Shown here piece by piece: positions 50,007 to 60,651 of a stretch of 64,000 nt of DNA (positions are counted from its first letter, which is position 1; each line of letters begins with the position of its first letter). The stretch is from Chiloscyllium plagiosum (lineage: Eukaryota), in the NCBI RefSeq assembly GCF_004010195.1, contig NC_057711.1, positions 135,311,444-135,375,443 on the forward strand, given 5' to 3'. The notes beneath the pieces are model-generated. The model was not told where the DNA came from. It did not search any database and saw only the letters and a program-made list of their open reading frames with translations. Made by a program: the position numbers and the translations under genes.

Positions 50007-50301
50007 TGGTGGCTCAGTGGTTAGCACTGCTGTCTCACAGCACCAGAGACCTCAGTTCAATTCCAGTCTTAAGTAATGGTCCATGTGGAGTTTGCACATT
50101 CTTACAGTGTCTGCATGGGTTTCCTCCCACAATCTGAAGATGTGCAGGTTAGGTGAATTAGCTATGCTAAATTGCCCATACTGTTAGGTGCATTAGCCAA
50201 GGGTAAATGCCAGGAAATGGGTCTGGGTGGGTTACTCTTTGGAGGGTCAGTGTGGACTTGTTTGGGCCAAATAGCCTGTTTCCACACTGTAGGGAATCTA
50301 A
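50007..50301 (+). mobile_element. HE1-type V-SINE
   Basis: GGTGGCTCAGTGGTTAGCACTGCTG ... CCTGTTTCCACACTGTAGGGAATCTAA. Confidence 0.9.
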
Positions 50302-50414
50302 CCGAGCTTTGACACGTTACAAGTTTTGAGAATACTCCTGTGAAGTGCCTTAGCAAATTTACAGGATTAAAAAAAGCTATTATCTTTGTAAAATTGCTTC
50401 ACTGCTCATTTCAA

Positions 50415-51241
50415 GGACAGAATTTTACATTCTGTTGCCAATGAGATTTAAGGGTTTGGGGAATGTGCAGTTCCTCAGATAGCCTTCCCTCCAACCTGTT
50501 GTAACCTCTCCACTGTTTTATGGTGAGATGGCCATGTTCTAGGCCACCTTTTCCAGTTGATGACCTTAAGGAGGCAATTAATGATCACTTAAAAATTGGT
50601 ACCCACCAAACATCAGTTTTTCAGTCTGACCATTGGAATTCAAGGCTATGACATGTGTTAGTAAGGTGACCCTGCTTAGCTTTTTCGCTCCCACAAGATC
50701 TCAACGGCCTGTTTGCTCTCCCTAGCTACCCAAGTCTCTCAACCAGCACTCTCCTCACTTCTCACGCCTCGTTTCTCCATCCTGAGATGCCTGCATGGTT
50801 ATGAACTCCTGATATCGAGGCTCTGAGTAGTCCCAGTCTTATCTGAAATAACTCTATGAAGGCCGGTACTCTGTCACAAGTTACTGTTTATTTCCACATA
50901 CATAGCACATGACACTGACCCAGCTAGCTCAGAACCAGCTCCTAGAGTGAGCAGAACCTCTGATGTTTCTGTATATAGCTGTCAGCCAGGGCTCCCTAAT
51001 TGGACCAGATTAAAAGCCCCATTCAGGGAACTCATATTCCACGAAGTCCACCTCGTTCCAATCACTGCATTGTCCGCTACAGACGTTGGCACTGCTGGGA
51101 TTACAGAGTTGCAGGCAGCTCGCTGAGGTAGGACTTTGTCTTGCAGAAAGAACTTGGAACATTAGCGAGCAGTGGGTCATTCAGTGTCAGTGGTGATGCA
51201 TTGGTTACTGCTCTTCAAGTGTCATCCTAAACATTCTGGCC
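50415..51241. mobile_element. Possible non-autonomous Harbinger-like element containing a solo LTR
   Basis: The ends GGACAGAATTTTA and TAAAACATTCTGGCC are imperfect inverted repeats. Confidence 0.35.
50844..51069 (-). mobile_element. Solo LTR (same family as 30521-30784)
   Basis: Minus strand runs TGCAGTGATTGG...GAGTTATTTCA. 5-bp flanks TTATC/TTGTC. Confidence 0.78.
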
Positions 51242-52209
51242 TGAGATTCACAGTCAATCATCCTGACAGCTCCCTCACCTTACAACTGAGTTAAAAATCA
51301 TAGTTTCTGGCTTTGAAGTTTCAGTGATTGCACATGCACGGTAAATTGTTTTATTGGTTCGAACTGGTGATATTCTATTGGGTGATTTATTTGGGAAATA
51401 TTAGCAATTACATTTTTAAAAGCCTGGTCTTCCAGTAATGCAGGTTATCCATGAAAACCAAATGAATAAATTCACCTGCTCAGCTATGTTACTGGTTTTC
51501 CTTTTCACATTTTATTTCAACATGCTGCTTCCATTTTTTTTCGAAATGCATCAAAGTGTGCGCAATTCTTCTCTAGGTAAGGGAACTGAATCATTCGGAA
51601 TGATGCCTGTTTAGTTCTGCAGTCTTTATGCACAAATCACTTCTGCCCTTCCTCCTCCTGGCAATGACCACTTCTGGAAGAAAGCCATGAAAAATTTATT
51701 GCACTAAGAATGCAAATTGCAACCATTGCGAATCTTTAATCCGTGGGCGTCCTCATCAATAGACATTGTCAGCAGAGAATTCCACGAGAATTTGTTCTGC
51801 TTCACACACTATAACAGTTTCATTTTCATCTCTTTCATAGCGTTAAGTTTTATTACAAGTCCTGTTTAACAAACTGTGTGTTAGAGGATTGTGACTGTCC
51901 TTGTATGGATTATAATGTGAAAGAAATCATATTACTGTCATTGAATATGCATATGCTGTGAAATGAAACCGGTTATTCAGTGACAGCCAATTCAGGGAAA
52001 AACATACATAAACCTGAATGATTTTTTGATAAGATGTCACAATATTCGAAATATATCAAGGCATCTTTCATAAATCTGTTACTCCACATTCTAATCTTAT
52101 TTCTGCATTATGACACGAAATATGCTTTTGTAGACCTTCCAACTGATGTTTTTTAAAGCAAGTAAGGATCCAGTTGAGTTGCAAGGACCTATTGAGGAAT
52201 CTGTTTAAA

Positions 52210-52390
52210 TAAACAACACCTTCCATTTAGATAGTGCTTGTAATGCAACAGAATATCCAAAGATGCTTCACAATTTTAATGATTAGGAAAACAAAACTGA
52301 CCCGAATCCACAGATGGAAATGTTGAGATAGGGGAGTAAAATATTGGTAAGAAATATAGTTTAAAGGATTATCATAAGAAGGCTACAGTT
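52210..52390 (-). mobile_element. L2-like 3' end remnant
   Basis: CATTTAGATAGTGCTTGTAATG..ATCCAAAGATGCTTCACA resembles the reverse complement of the L2 3' stem-loop tail. Confidence 0.45.
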
Positions 52391-53269
52391 GGTAAAAAGC
52401 AACATTCAGGTGTGAAGAGGGTTCAAGGATGCAAGGCTATGGAGGCTTTAAGCATAACAATGACCTGCCAAATGCAATAATCCTATGTATGAATTATTTG
52501 TTCACTCCATGCTTAATATTTAGTGAACTTTAAATAAAAATTCTACATGGCGAAATATTCCTGGGCATGCAGCTTTACAATTTTCCACATATTTTCCCAT
52601 TAAAGTAGCCTAAGATTAGTTTTGCATATATTTTCATATGTCACATAACATGCTGTAAGGGACTCACTCAAATTCATAACAGGGGTGTAACCAGCAGAAA
52701 GTCAGCCAGAGCTGCTGCTGAAAAATAATGCACACCTGCAGGCAAGCAATCAATGCTAATGGGAACAATGCAAGAATCAGCCTTCATTTAATTATATGCA
52801 ATCCACATTCAATATATCGCTGAGCCAAGGGTGCTTGTTCTAGATTCCTGATTTTGTTCAAATTATCTTTCAAAAGGCATGGCTAAATTCCAGAGAGGAA
52901 AAAGAAACAGGAGATTACTTTCTGATTCTGGATTACCATCTCAGCCCATCTCAGTAAACTCATTTGAAAGAACAGACAATACTGTGAGGAACCGGTTTTA
53001 CTGAAGTTATCTTCTGACATCGGTTATACACGATCAAGAATGTTGGGCTAAATGTTGCCAGGTACTGACTGGCACAGGCAATGGCGAGTCAGTTGGGAAA
53101 TCATGGCAAGCTCAGAACGGTTAGGTTTTCAAAATCAAGAAAAGAAGTCTGAGTTTCATCACACGCATTTATTGCCAAGATGAGAATCTTACCATGAAGT
53201 GGTGAGAGGTCTATTTGCATGCGTTAACATCTCATTACTACATGTTGTCAACTCACTGATGCAAAGGTT

Positions 53270-53472
53270 AGAGGGTCTGTTAGCTGGATGGTGGGTCTCT
53301 GATGAAGAATGATGCCAACAATGTGGGATCGGTTCCCATGCTGTCTGGAGTTATCATGAAGGATTCTCCTTCTCAACCTCTCCCCTTGCTTGAGGTGTGG
53401 TGGCCCTCAGGTTAAACCAACACCAATCATCCCTCTCTGTGTTCCAGTAGAACTAAGGTGATACTGCCTTTG
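53270..53472 (+). mobile_element. Second tRNA-derived SINE family
   Basis: GATGCCAACAATGTGGGATCGGTTCCC..CCTTCTCAACCTCTCCCCTTGCTTGAGGTGTGGTGGCCCTCAGGTTAAACC. Confidence 0.65.
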
Positions 53473-53639
53473 CTATTCCCCAGTGTGGGAGACAGAGAGG
53501 GGGGCAATTCCTGATGTGAAAGATCACGTACTTGAAGGCTCCAGCTCACTGGTTGCTCCTCCATGCCCTCACCTTGGTCTTTAGTCCAGGTAGGCCCCAT
53601 TGTCAGCAATGAGCTGCACTTTCTGCTAAACAAAATTGG

Positions 53640-55560
53640 AATCAAAGAGGGACCGACCAGATTAACATCATCAGGGCACACCTCCAACTCACTTGTAATC
53701 CATTTCACTTTGGAGCACACTTTGCATTCTAACACTTTTTTCATACCTCTTGGCTTCCAGGACAAGCATCCATCTCATATATTGGAGGACAGAATATCTC
53801 AGGGCCTCTTGATTAATCTTTTCAGATTGGGGTTAAGATTGTGCCAAATTGGATGCTGTCACCATATCTGCCATGCCTTGCTTTTGCCTTTCTGCTCCCT
53901 CCATCAGGGTTCAGGGGTTTGCAGTCCTTCAGTCTTGCTGTTTAGTGCAGGCAGCTTGTCATGACTTGTCAGCAGGCATCAGTCAAAGGATGAGGATGCG
54001 GTTGTATGGCGCAGTGCTACATCAATGCCACACCTTCAGAATGTGTCAGCAGCTTCAAAACACACTGATTATGTTTCAACCAAATGGCTATGAGTCAAAA
54101 TCAAAGAAGAGTTGTTCCCAGTTAAGGGATACTGCCATTGGTCAGGAATTCTGCTCCATTACAGTACAGACCATCAGTTCTGCAGGTCCAGTACAAGTCC
54201 AGAGATGAGCAGTGACCTGCACAGAGATCCGTCATTGATTTGGTCACTTTGCCAATCACGGTTTCCTTCCAAGTCAGTCTGGGTAGGTTGTGGTGATCTC
54301 TGGGGATCTGTTCATTAAAAGTCAAGGCAGGCTAGCAGGAGCCAATTCTGATGGTAGGGAAGTCAGTTTCCAGGGATTACAGGCAACATGCAGACAGCAG
54401 AGGAGACTATACTTACAACAAGGGGTAGATGAACTTATAAGAATTAGCAATGTTACTACATTGGAGGTCATGAGTTACTGCAAAAGGAAGGGATCAACAA
54501 TGGTCACCACAACACTAGCTTTGACAGAGGGGAGGGAAGTGCTTTTGTATGGCTCAGCTGAAGGGCTTCAGGAGGTATTGGTGGGAGATGAAGACTTAAA
54601 AGAAAGAACCAAAACAGATATTGCTGGAGAAAATCAGTACAGTCTGCAAGCATCTGTGGAGAGAAAGCAGAGTTTTTCCTTCGAGGGTCACTGGACCTAA
54701 AATATTAACTCTGTTTTCTCTCCACAGATGCTGCCAGACCTGCTGAATTTCCCCAACAATTCCTGTTTTGGCTTCAGCTTTCCAGCATCCACAGTCCTTT
54801 ATTTTACGTAAGGAAAAAAGTTGGGCGCCAATGTATAGAACCTCATCACTGATGGAGTTGACACAGAGTGCACGACAGAATGGAGGATGACAGTTTGGGA
54901 GAGGTTTAACTAGGTGAATGAACTGAGCCAACAATTCAGTATGCAACCTGAGCTATCTGCCACTGTCATCCGAATTGTAAATGCATACTTGGATTGGAGA
55001 AGGTCAGTGATCATAGCTGGAGTGGGTGGAATAAGTGTCCTGCTTTTGTCTGAAGGTGAGGGCCCTAATTGTGAGTGATGTGAGGCCTCTCACAGAAAAT
55101 TATATTAGTTAGGCAGCTACACAGAGCAAGTTAAAGACATCTGTAATCATAGAATTCTGCAAATAAAATATACGCAGTGTCCAACCACGTGGGCGACAAA
55201 TCCCAACCACTAGCAATCCTGACCATGCCATCGGTCATTACAAATCGATCATAGACATCACTGTGGGCAGGAGTAATAACAGGTGACCTGAAAAATGTCA
55301 GAATTCACAAAGACAATCCAAGTTCGCAAAGACTGCACAAGAGTACAGAGCTGAATTCCTCTCACCTTGAACTGCAAATATTTAACAACACACTTTTATG
55401 CAATGCTACCTTTCCTGGGTGATGTGTCGATGCAAAGTTTCAGAAATGCCTTTGCACTTATGGTCTGGTCTACTGTATTTACATAACAATTCTTATGCTT
55501 TGTATATATCTGAATAATGCCCACTATGTCAGATGTACAAGCATTCAATGACCTTCCTTG
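53640..55560 (-). mobile_element. Degenerate Gypsy/Ty3 pol fossil (RT, RNase H, integrase)
   Basis: Minus-strand peptides in canonical order: LKLCID, VFANLD, YDRFVMTDG (RT); VADSSG, SHQYLL (RNase H); STAPYN and KWI (integrase region). Many deletions. Confidence 0.55.
54600..54806. mobile_element. Fold-back Penelope-like mini element
   Basis: Arms AGCATCTGTGGAGAGAAA / TTTCTCTCCACAGATGCT. The centre lies at GAGGGTCACTGGACCT. Confidence 0.75.
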
Positions 55561-55661
55561 TTAGAATTCTCCATGTCCACTATACTGAGGACTATATTAG
55601 ACTATCATCTGCATGTGATGTAAGTGCTAACTGCTGACATTGCTAAGGACCTGTTCTGTTT

Positions 55662-55748
55662 AAGAAGGGCATGTGCCCGAAACGTCGAATCTTCTGTTCC
55701 CTAGATGCTGCCTGACCTGCTGTGCTGTTCCAGCAATAAAGTTTCAGC
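55662..55748 (+). mobile_element. Short Penelope-like pLTR insertion
   Basis: Begins AAGA-A-GGGC-ATGT-GCCC-GAAACGTC. Confidence 0.75.
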
Positions 55749-56046
55749 TGTTTCTAATATTCCCATGAACAATGGATCTATTTAAAGCTGGGGACAATCT
55801 CATTGTACCATGAATTTACAGGGGAATTGAAGGAAATCCAGGACCAGTAGCAAGTGTGAACATCTGCCAAACATGAACAATCACAGGTGATGCCCCCTTC
55901 TGGATGAGGACGATGGCCAGGACCACCAGTGTCTATCGTCCGTGATGCCATTTCTCCATCATGAGCAGGGCACATTTCCATAACAGACTAGGAAGGTCCC
56001 CAGACACCATCACAGAACTGTTCATCTGCTGGTGTGGGACTGGCAG

Positions 56047-56138
56047 GGTAGACAGGCAGGAGGCTGGTAGAACACAGCAAGCCAGGCAGCACCAGGAGGT
56101 GGAGGAATCCACATTTCAGGTGTAGCTCTTCATCAGGA
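56047..56138 (-). mobile_element. Short Penelope-like pLTR insertion
   Basis: Minus strand begins TCCTGATGAAGAGCTACACCTGAAATGT. Same family as 30074 and 18165. Confidence 0.72.
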
Positions 56139-56282
56139 CACCCAGAAGGGGTGGGTGACCATTATATCTCAGTGGTCATTGAAGAGAAAACCATATTAGT
56201 TTTTTTTAATGCAAATAGCTGCTTCCAAGGATTCACTGGGGACATATATAGAACGTCTCAATACTTAGCCTACAGTGATATA

Positions 56283-56672
56283 AGTCATAGAATCACAGAG
56301 TATACAGCACAGAAACCAACCCTTCACCCCAACCAGTCCATGCTGAACATAATCCCAAACTAAACTAATCCCAACTGCTTGCACTTGGTCCATATCTCCC
56401 CAAACCAGTCCTATTCATGAACTTATCCAAATGTCTTTTAAACATTGTAACTGTACCCATGTCCACAACTTCCTCTGGCAGTTCATCCCACACATGAACC
56501 ACTCTCTGTGTAAAAATGTTTGCTCTCATGTCCTTTTTAAATCTTTCTCCTCTCACCTTCTGGTCTTGAAATTCACCACACTTGGAAAAAGAGACCTGCC
56601 ATTCACCTTATCTTTGCCCCTCACATTTGTAAAAACCTCTCCAAGGTCACCCCTCAACCTCCTCTGCTCCAG
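56283..56672 (-). mobile_element. CR1 3' end
   Basis: Peptide RGERFKKDMRANIFTQRVVHVWDELPEEVV. Confidence 0.85.
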
Positions 56673-57116
56673 TTTATGTCACTACAACTCATTTTCTCAT
56701 GATGGAATCAACCCTACAGCCCAGGTGGTAGGCATGACCAATATAGCTGCAATCCTAAGGACACTGCTTGTCACTGGCAACTCGGGAGTTTTTTTCTTCC
56801 TGGCGGTGGAATATGAATAAAGTTTTCTGCACTCATTGTTTCTTCACGATGTGCTACACCTACAAGCACACAACATGGGTGCTGGGGAGAAATAAGCTCC
56901 ACTGCTGTTTAGCAGTGTTGTGAGGGTCTTTTTAAAAAGTATGTATATAAACAGGAGATTAAGAATCTCCTCAGTTCAGGCAATGGACTCTGAGCTGACT
57001 GGCCATAGCCAGTGTACTGTGGGGGAAACGTTCTCTTGGTCTGGGGCATTAAAAAAAAATGTGTTTTTATTTAAAAAAAAAGCTACATTCCTCCCAGGGG
57101 CGTAACACTATTGATG

Positions 57117-57150
57117 ACACACACACACAAACACACACATGCACACACAC
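57117..57150. repeat. Imperfect (CA)n microsatellite
   Basis: ACACACACACACAAACACACACATGCACACACAC. Confidence 0.85.
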
Positions 57151-58317
57151 TTCATTGGTGTGCCATATCATAACACGGCTGAGGTCATATATAGAAAGAA
57201 ATATGACAGAAATCAATGGACAGCTCCCTGATTTGCAGTAAATATGTTTAAAGGCTCCTGTGGTGGTGGTAGATTCCCAGCCTCTGAGCCTCAAGGCATG
57301 AGTTCAAATTCCTCCCGTTCCAGTGTGGATCTTAGCAGCTCTCTGAGCAGAAATGTATATGAAATATGCACAAGTTACCAGTGACCATCAGTATGACATC
57401 CTGGAAGCTACCATGGTGCTGCTCCCTTTGAGAAGCAAACTTCTGCTCTCTTTCAGTAGCCACATGCCTTACTGAGAGGTCAAGGGCTACTGTCTGCAAC
57501 CGTGACTGATGACTCCATTATGCAGCCCCTTGACTGAGTCAGAGCTTAGATACAAAGCTGCCCATTCTTCCATTAATGTCATCTTGAAGCAGAGGATAGG
57601 CCTCCTCATGATGAGGTTGTGATGCTTGGTTTGGCCTAGGGAGTCCTCTAGTGAGAGAAAGTGCCACACAACGTACTCTACATTTCTGGAGCAGGCAAAG
57701 AGGGAATGTGATGGCGACTGAACAGTTGGGAAGGCAGCAGCAAACCTCTGAGGAGGAAAATGACGATGCTGAGCAGAAGGAACATTGTGTTCACTATGAT
57801 AGAGCGCTACACAAGGCCCAATTGACAGCTGGTTCCAACAGGTCTGAGTTGGGTGAAGTGATCATTCATGGACTATCAATTTGTTTTTGCTTGAAAGGCA
57901 AGCTGCTTAATCCAAGTAGCAAAAGCAGATTTTTTTTAATCACTTTTCTGCACTTTTCTGTTTTCCAATAAAAGTTAACTCTTTCAACTGTTTGAAAGCT
58001 TTCCACAATCTGATATTGCTGCATTGGACAATGACAAGATGCTATACTATGAAGGGCATTGGGATTCCCACAGATAGGGTTCCAGCATGATATAGTATGA
58101 GGAATGCGGAGCTTACATTGCTTCATTTTTGTAGTTGCAGTTACAATGACAGTCCATCAGAAAGATGATGATGTTCAGTAGCAATACATTGACAGATGTG
58201 AGCTTCTCTTCAAGTGAAATATCACAAATACAACCCAACTATGTGTCCTCGCAAGCTGTTTAGTTTTTGTTTCCCTCCTACTAGGTGTGCTGTGAAGAAC
58301 AATCTATACGTGGCCAG

Positions 58318-58685
58318 CATAGAATCCCCACAGTGCGGAAAGAGAACATTCAGCCTAATACTACCCAACTTCCCATCCAGACTCAGCCCCCACCCTGACC
58401 CCCATTTCCTGAAGAAGGGCTTATGCCCGAAATGTCGATTCTCCTTCTCTTTTGATGCTGCCTGACCTGCTGCGCTTTTCCAGCAACACATTTTTAAGTC
58501 CCATTTCCAATGGCCAATCCACCTAACCTCGCATCTTTGGACTGTGGGAGGATACCAGAGCACCCGAAGGAAACCCACGCAGACACGGAGAACGTGCAAA
58601 CTACACAGACAGTCACCCAAGGGTGGAATCAAACCCAGATCCCTGATGCTGTGATGTAACAGTGTTAACCAATGAATCACTATGA
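58318..58685 (-). mobile_element. HE1-type V-SINE interrupted by a PLE fragment
   Basis: Tail at 58318-58400. V-domain and head at 58509-58685. Confidence 0.82.
58409..58499 (+). mobile_element. Short Penelope-like pLTR insertion starting at the hammerhead core
   Basis: CTGAAGA-A-GGGC-TTAT-GCCC-GAAATGTC. 9-bp TSD CCCATTTCC at 58401-58409 and 58500-58508. Confidence 0.82.
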
Positions 58686-58799
58686 GGCCCATTGATTGTG
58701 ATTGACTCGCACACGGGTACATTTAAAAATGATGCTGGCAGTAGAAAGCTTGGAAAATCCCAATTGTAGCGAGTACAAGTTTCATTGAGGAGAGTCAGG

Positions 58800-58885
58800 T
58801 AGTGTGAGCTGATAGCGTGAGCTAATGCTGTGAGCTGATAGTGTGAGCTAATGCTGTGAGCTTGTAGTGTGAGCTAGTGCTGTGA
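58800..58885. repeat. 13-bp minisatellite with 26-bp higher-order period
   Basis: About 6.5 units, mostly alternating TAGTGTGAGCTAA and TGCTGTGAGCTGA. Confidence 0.85.
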
Positions 58886-59911
58886 AGGTATGGTGTGTGA
58901 TACGCAATCAATGGGTTGCAAATGAGATGTGTAGCTTTACTCAACATGCCATCATAAAATATCTTTCCCGGGACAGCCCACAACAGGGTTTCAATGCACA
59001 GGGAATCTATTTTAAGAACATGGTCTCAGAAATAGGAGCAAGGGAATACGTTTTAGTCAATGTTTTGATAAAATTCATCTCAAAGATGTTTTTGATTTGT
59101 TATTGAACATTTGATTATTATTTAAGTTTTTTTTTCTGCGCTTCTTAGGATGTAAAAGAGGACACACAGCCTCAGGATTTTACCTCTGGGCAAGTCACAT
59201 GTCAGTATAATATACATCTCTGATTCACATCAGGCCATTCACAATACTGGTTCAGAAGAATTAACAAGAAACACTATCTGTGGTCATTTTAATAGGGTCA
59301 GAACACATCAATCTCAAACATCTAAATTGGTGATTTTCATTCTTTCCTTCCCGTATCGTTGTCTTGAAGTGAAAGGTTTTCCTGGAAGATACTGATCTTC
59401 ATGCAAACACATTTGGCATTTTAGTTTTCATTTCTTTTCCTGGCATGCATTACAGTGACATGAATCATGTTAATATGTTTCCTTCCGATCACTTGCATAT
59501 CATGTCCTGCTTGTAACAAATACGGCTTTCTCTGGCTTTTCTTCTACTCCTCCAGCAATGTTTGACAAAACACATTTTCCTGAAAACATTGCAATCTGAA
59601 TATGGGAAATTGCTCTTGTCAATCTAGCTCAGCGATGAAAGCTTAGCATTGTGACAGTGAGCTGCATCACTTTTAGCAGTTTTCGCGAGGAAAAGACAAG
59701 AGACATCTGCAAAATAAACAAATCTCCACAATTTCTGCCACAGGAATTTTTCAAAAAAAAACTGTCTTGTATGTTTTACATGCCTTTGGCTGCATTTAAA
59801 TCATTTAAATCGTTGTGGAATGTGCACACTGCTGGCCAGTGATGGAGAAGAAACAGAAAAGTTGGCAATGATTCTGAGAGGAATCAATGAGACCAACCAG
59901 TGCCAGCATGA

Positions 59912-60505
59912 ACATTAGAATGTCAGAAATAAGCCTCTGACCCATCAAGCCTACTCCACCCTTCAATAAGATCATGGCTGATCTTCTCGTGGATTCAGCT
60001 TCACTTACCCAGCCGCTCATCATCTCCCTTACTCCCTTTACTGTTCAAAAATCTTTTAATTTTGCCTTAAAAACATTTAACGAGGTAGCTTCAACTTCTT
60101 CAGTGGACAGGGAATTCCACAGATTCACAACCCTTTGGGTGAAGGAGTTCCTCCTCAGCTCAGTCCCAAATCTGCTCATCTTTATTTTGAGGCTATGCCC
60201 CTTAGTTCTAGTTTCAACCAACAGTGGAAGCAACCTCTCTGCTTCCATCTTATCTATTTCCCTCATAATTTACATGTTTTTGTAAGATCCCTCCCTCATT
60301 CTTCTAAATTCCAATAAATTTAGTCCCAATCTACTCAATCTCTCCTCATAAGTCAATCCTGTCAACTCAGGAATCAACTCAGTGAACCTCCTCTGCACCC
60401 CCTCCAGTGCCAGTGCATCCTTTGTCAAGTAAGGAGACCAAAACTCTACACAATACTCCAGGTGTTGCCTCACCAGCACCCCATACAGCTGCAGCATCAC
60501 CTCTA
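59912..60505 (-). mobile_element. CR1 3' end
   Basis: Peptides LVRQHLEYCVEFWSPYLTKDALALEGVQRRFT and RRNSFTQRVVNLWNSL. Confidence 0.88.
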
Positions 60506-60651
60506 TGGACACAGCTCCCTTATCCTCTTGTGCAAAGCCACTATCCTGGTCTTCCAAGAAGTTGTCTCCGATGGTAGCTCTCCCAGTGATAGCACAGACA
60601 TGTACGTCCCCTGCCTTTGTCACTGGCACTAGGCAAGTGATTTTTCCTACA

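Larger units (their letters stand above)
48990..50390 (+). mobile_element. Degenerate L2 LINE 3' region with nested CR1 and HE1
   Basis: Peptides AKITYF.L.YIA, AAET, PISPVL and LNLKILP resemble the L2 C-terminal motifs TAYFHL.NIA, AETL, HITPVL and I.FKIL. Confidence 0.55.
55928..57800 (+). mobile_element. Harbinger/PIF transposase fossil broken by nested insertions
   Basis: In order: SVYRP..MS..RL....ITEL; FFNANSCFQGFTGDIYRTSQ; HPGSYHG; KGYCLQP*LMTPLCSPLTESELRYKAAHS..ILKQRIGLLMMRL*CL; TLHF; acidic tail EEENDD. Confidence 0.78.

Noticed and set aside
55131-55287. Minus-strand exon candidate (CTGACATTTTTCAG acceptor, 51 open codons)
   Set aside because: It lies collinear with LKLCID and VFANLD upstream and RNase H motifs downstream, so decayed Gypsy RT explains it better.
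58800-58885. CRISPR-like array
   Set aside because: There are no unique spacers and no cas genes, and the context is vertebrate.
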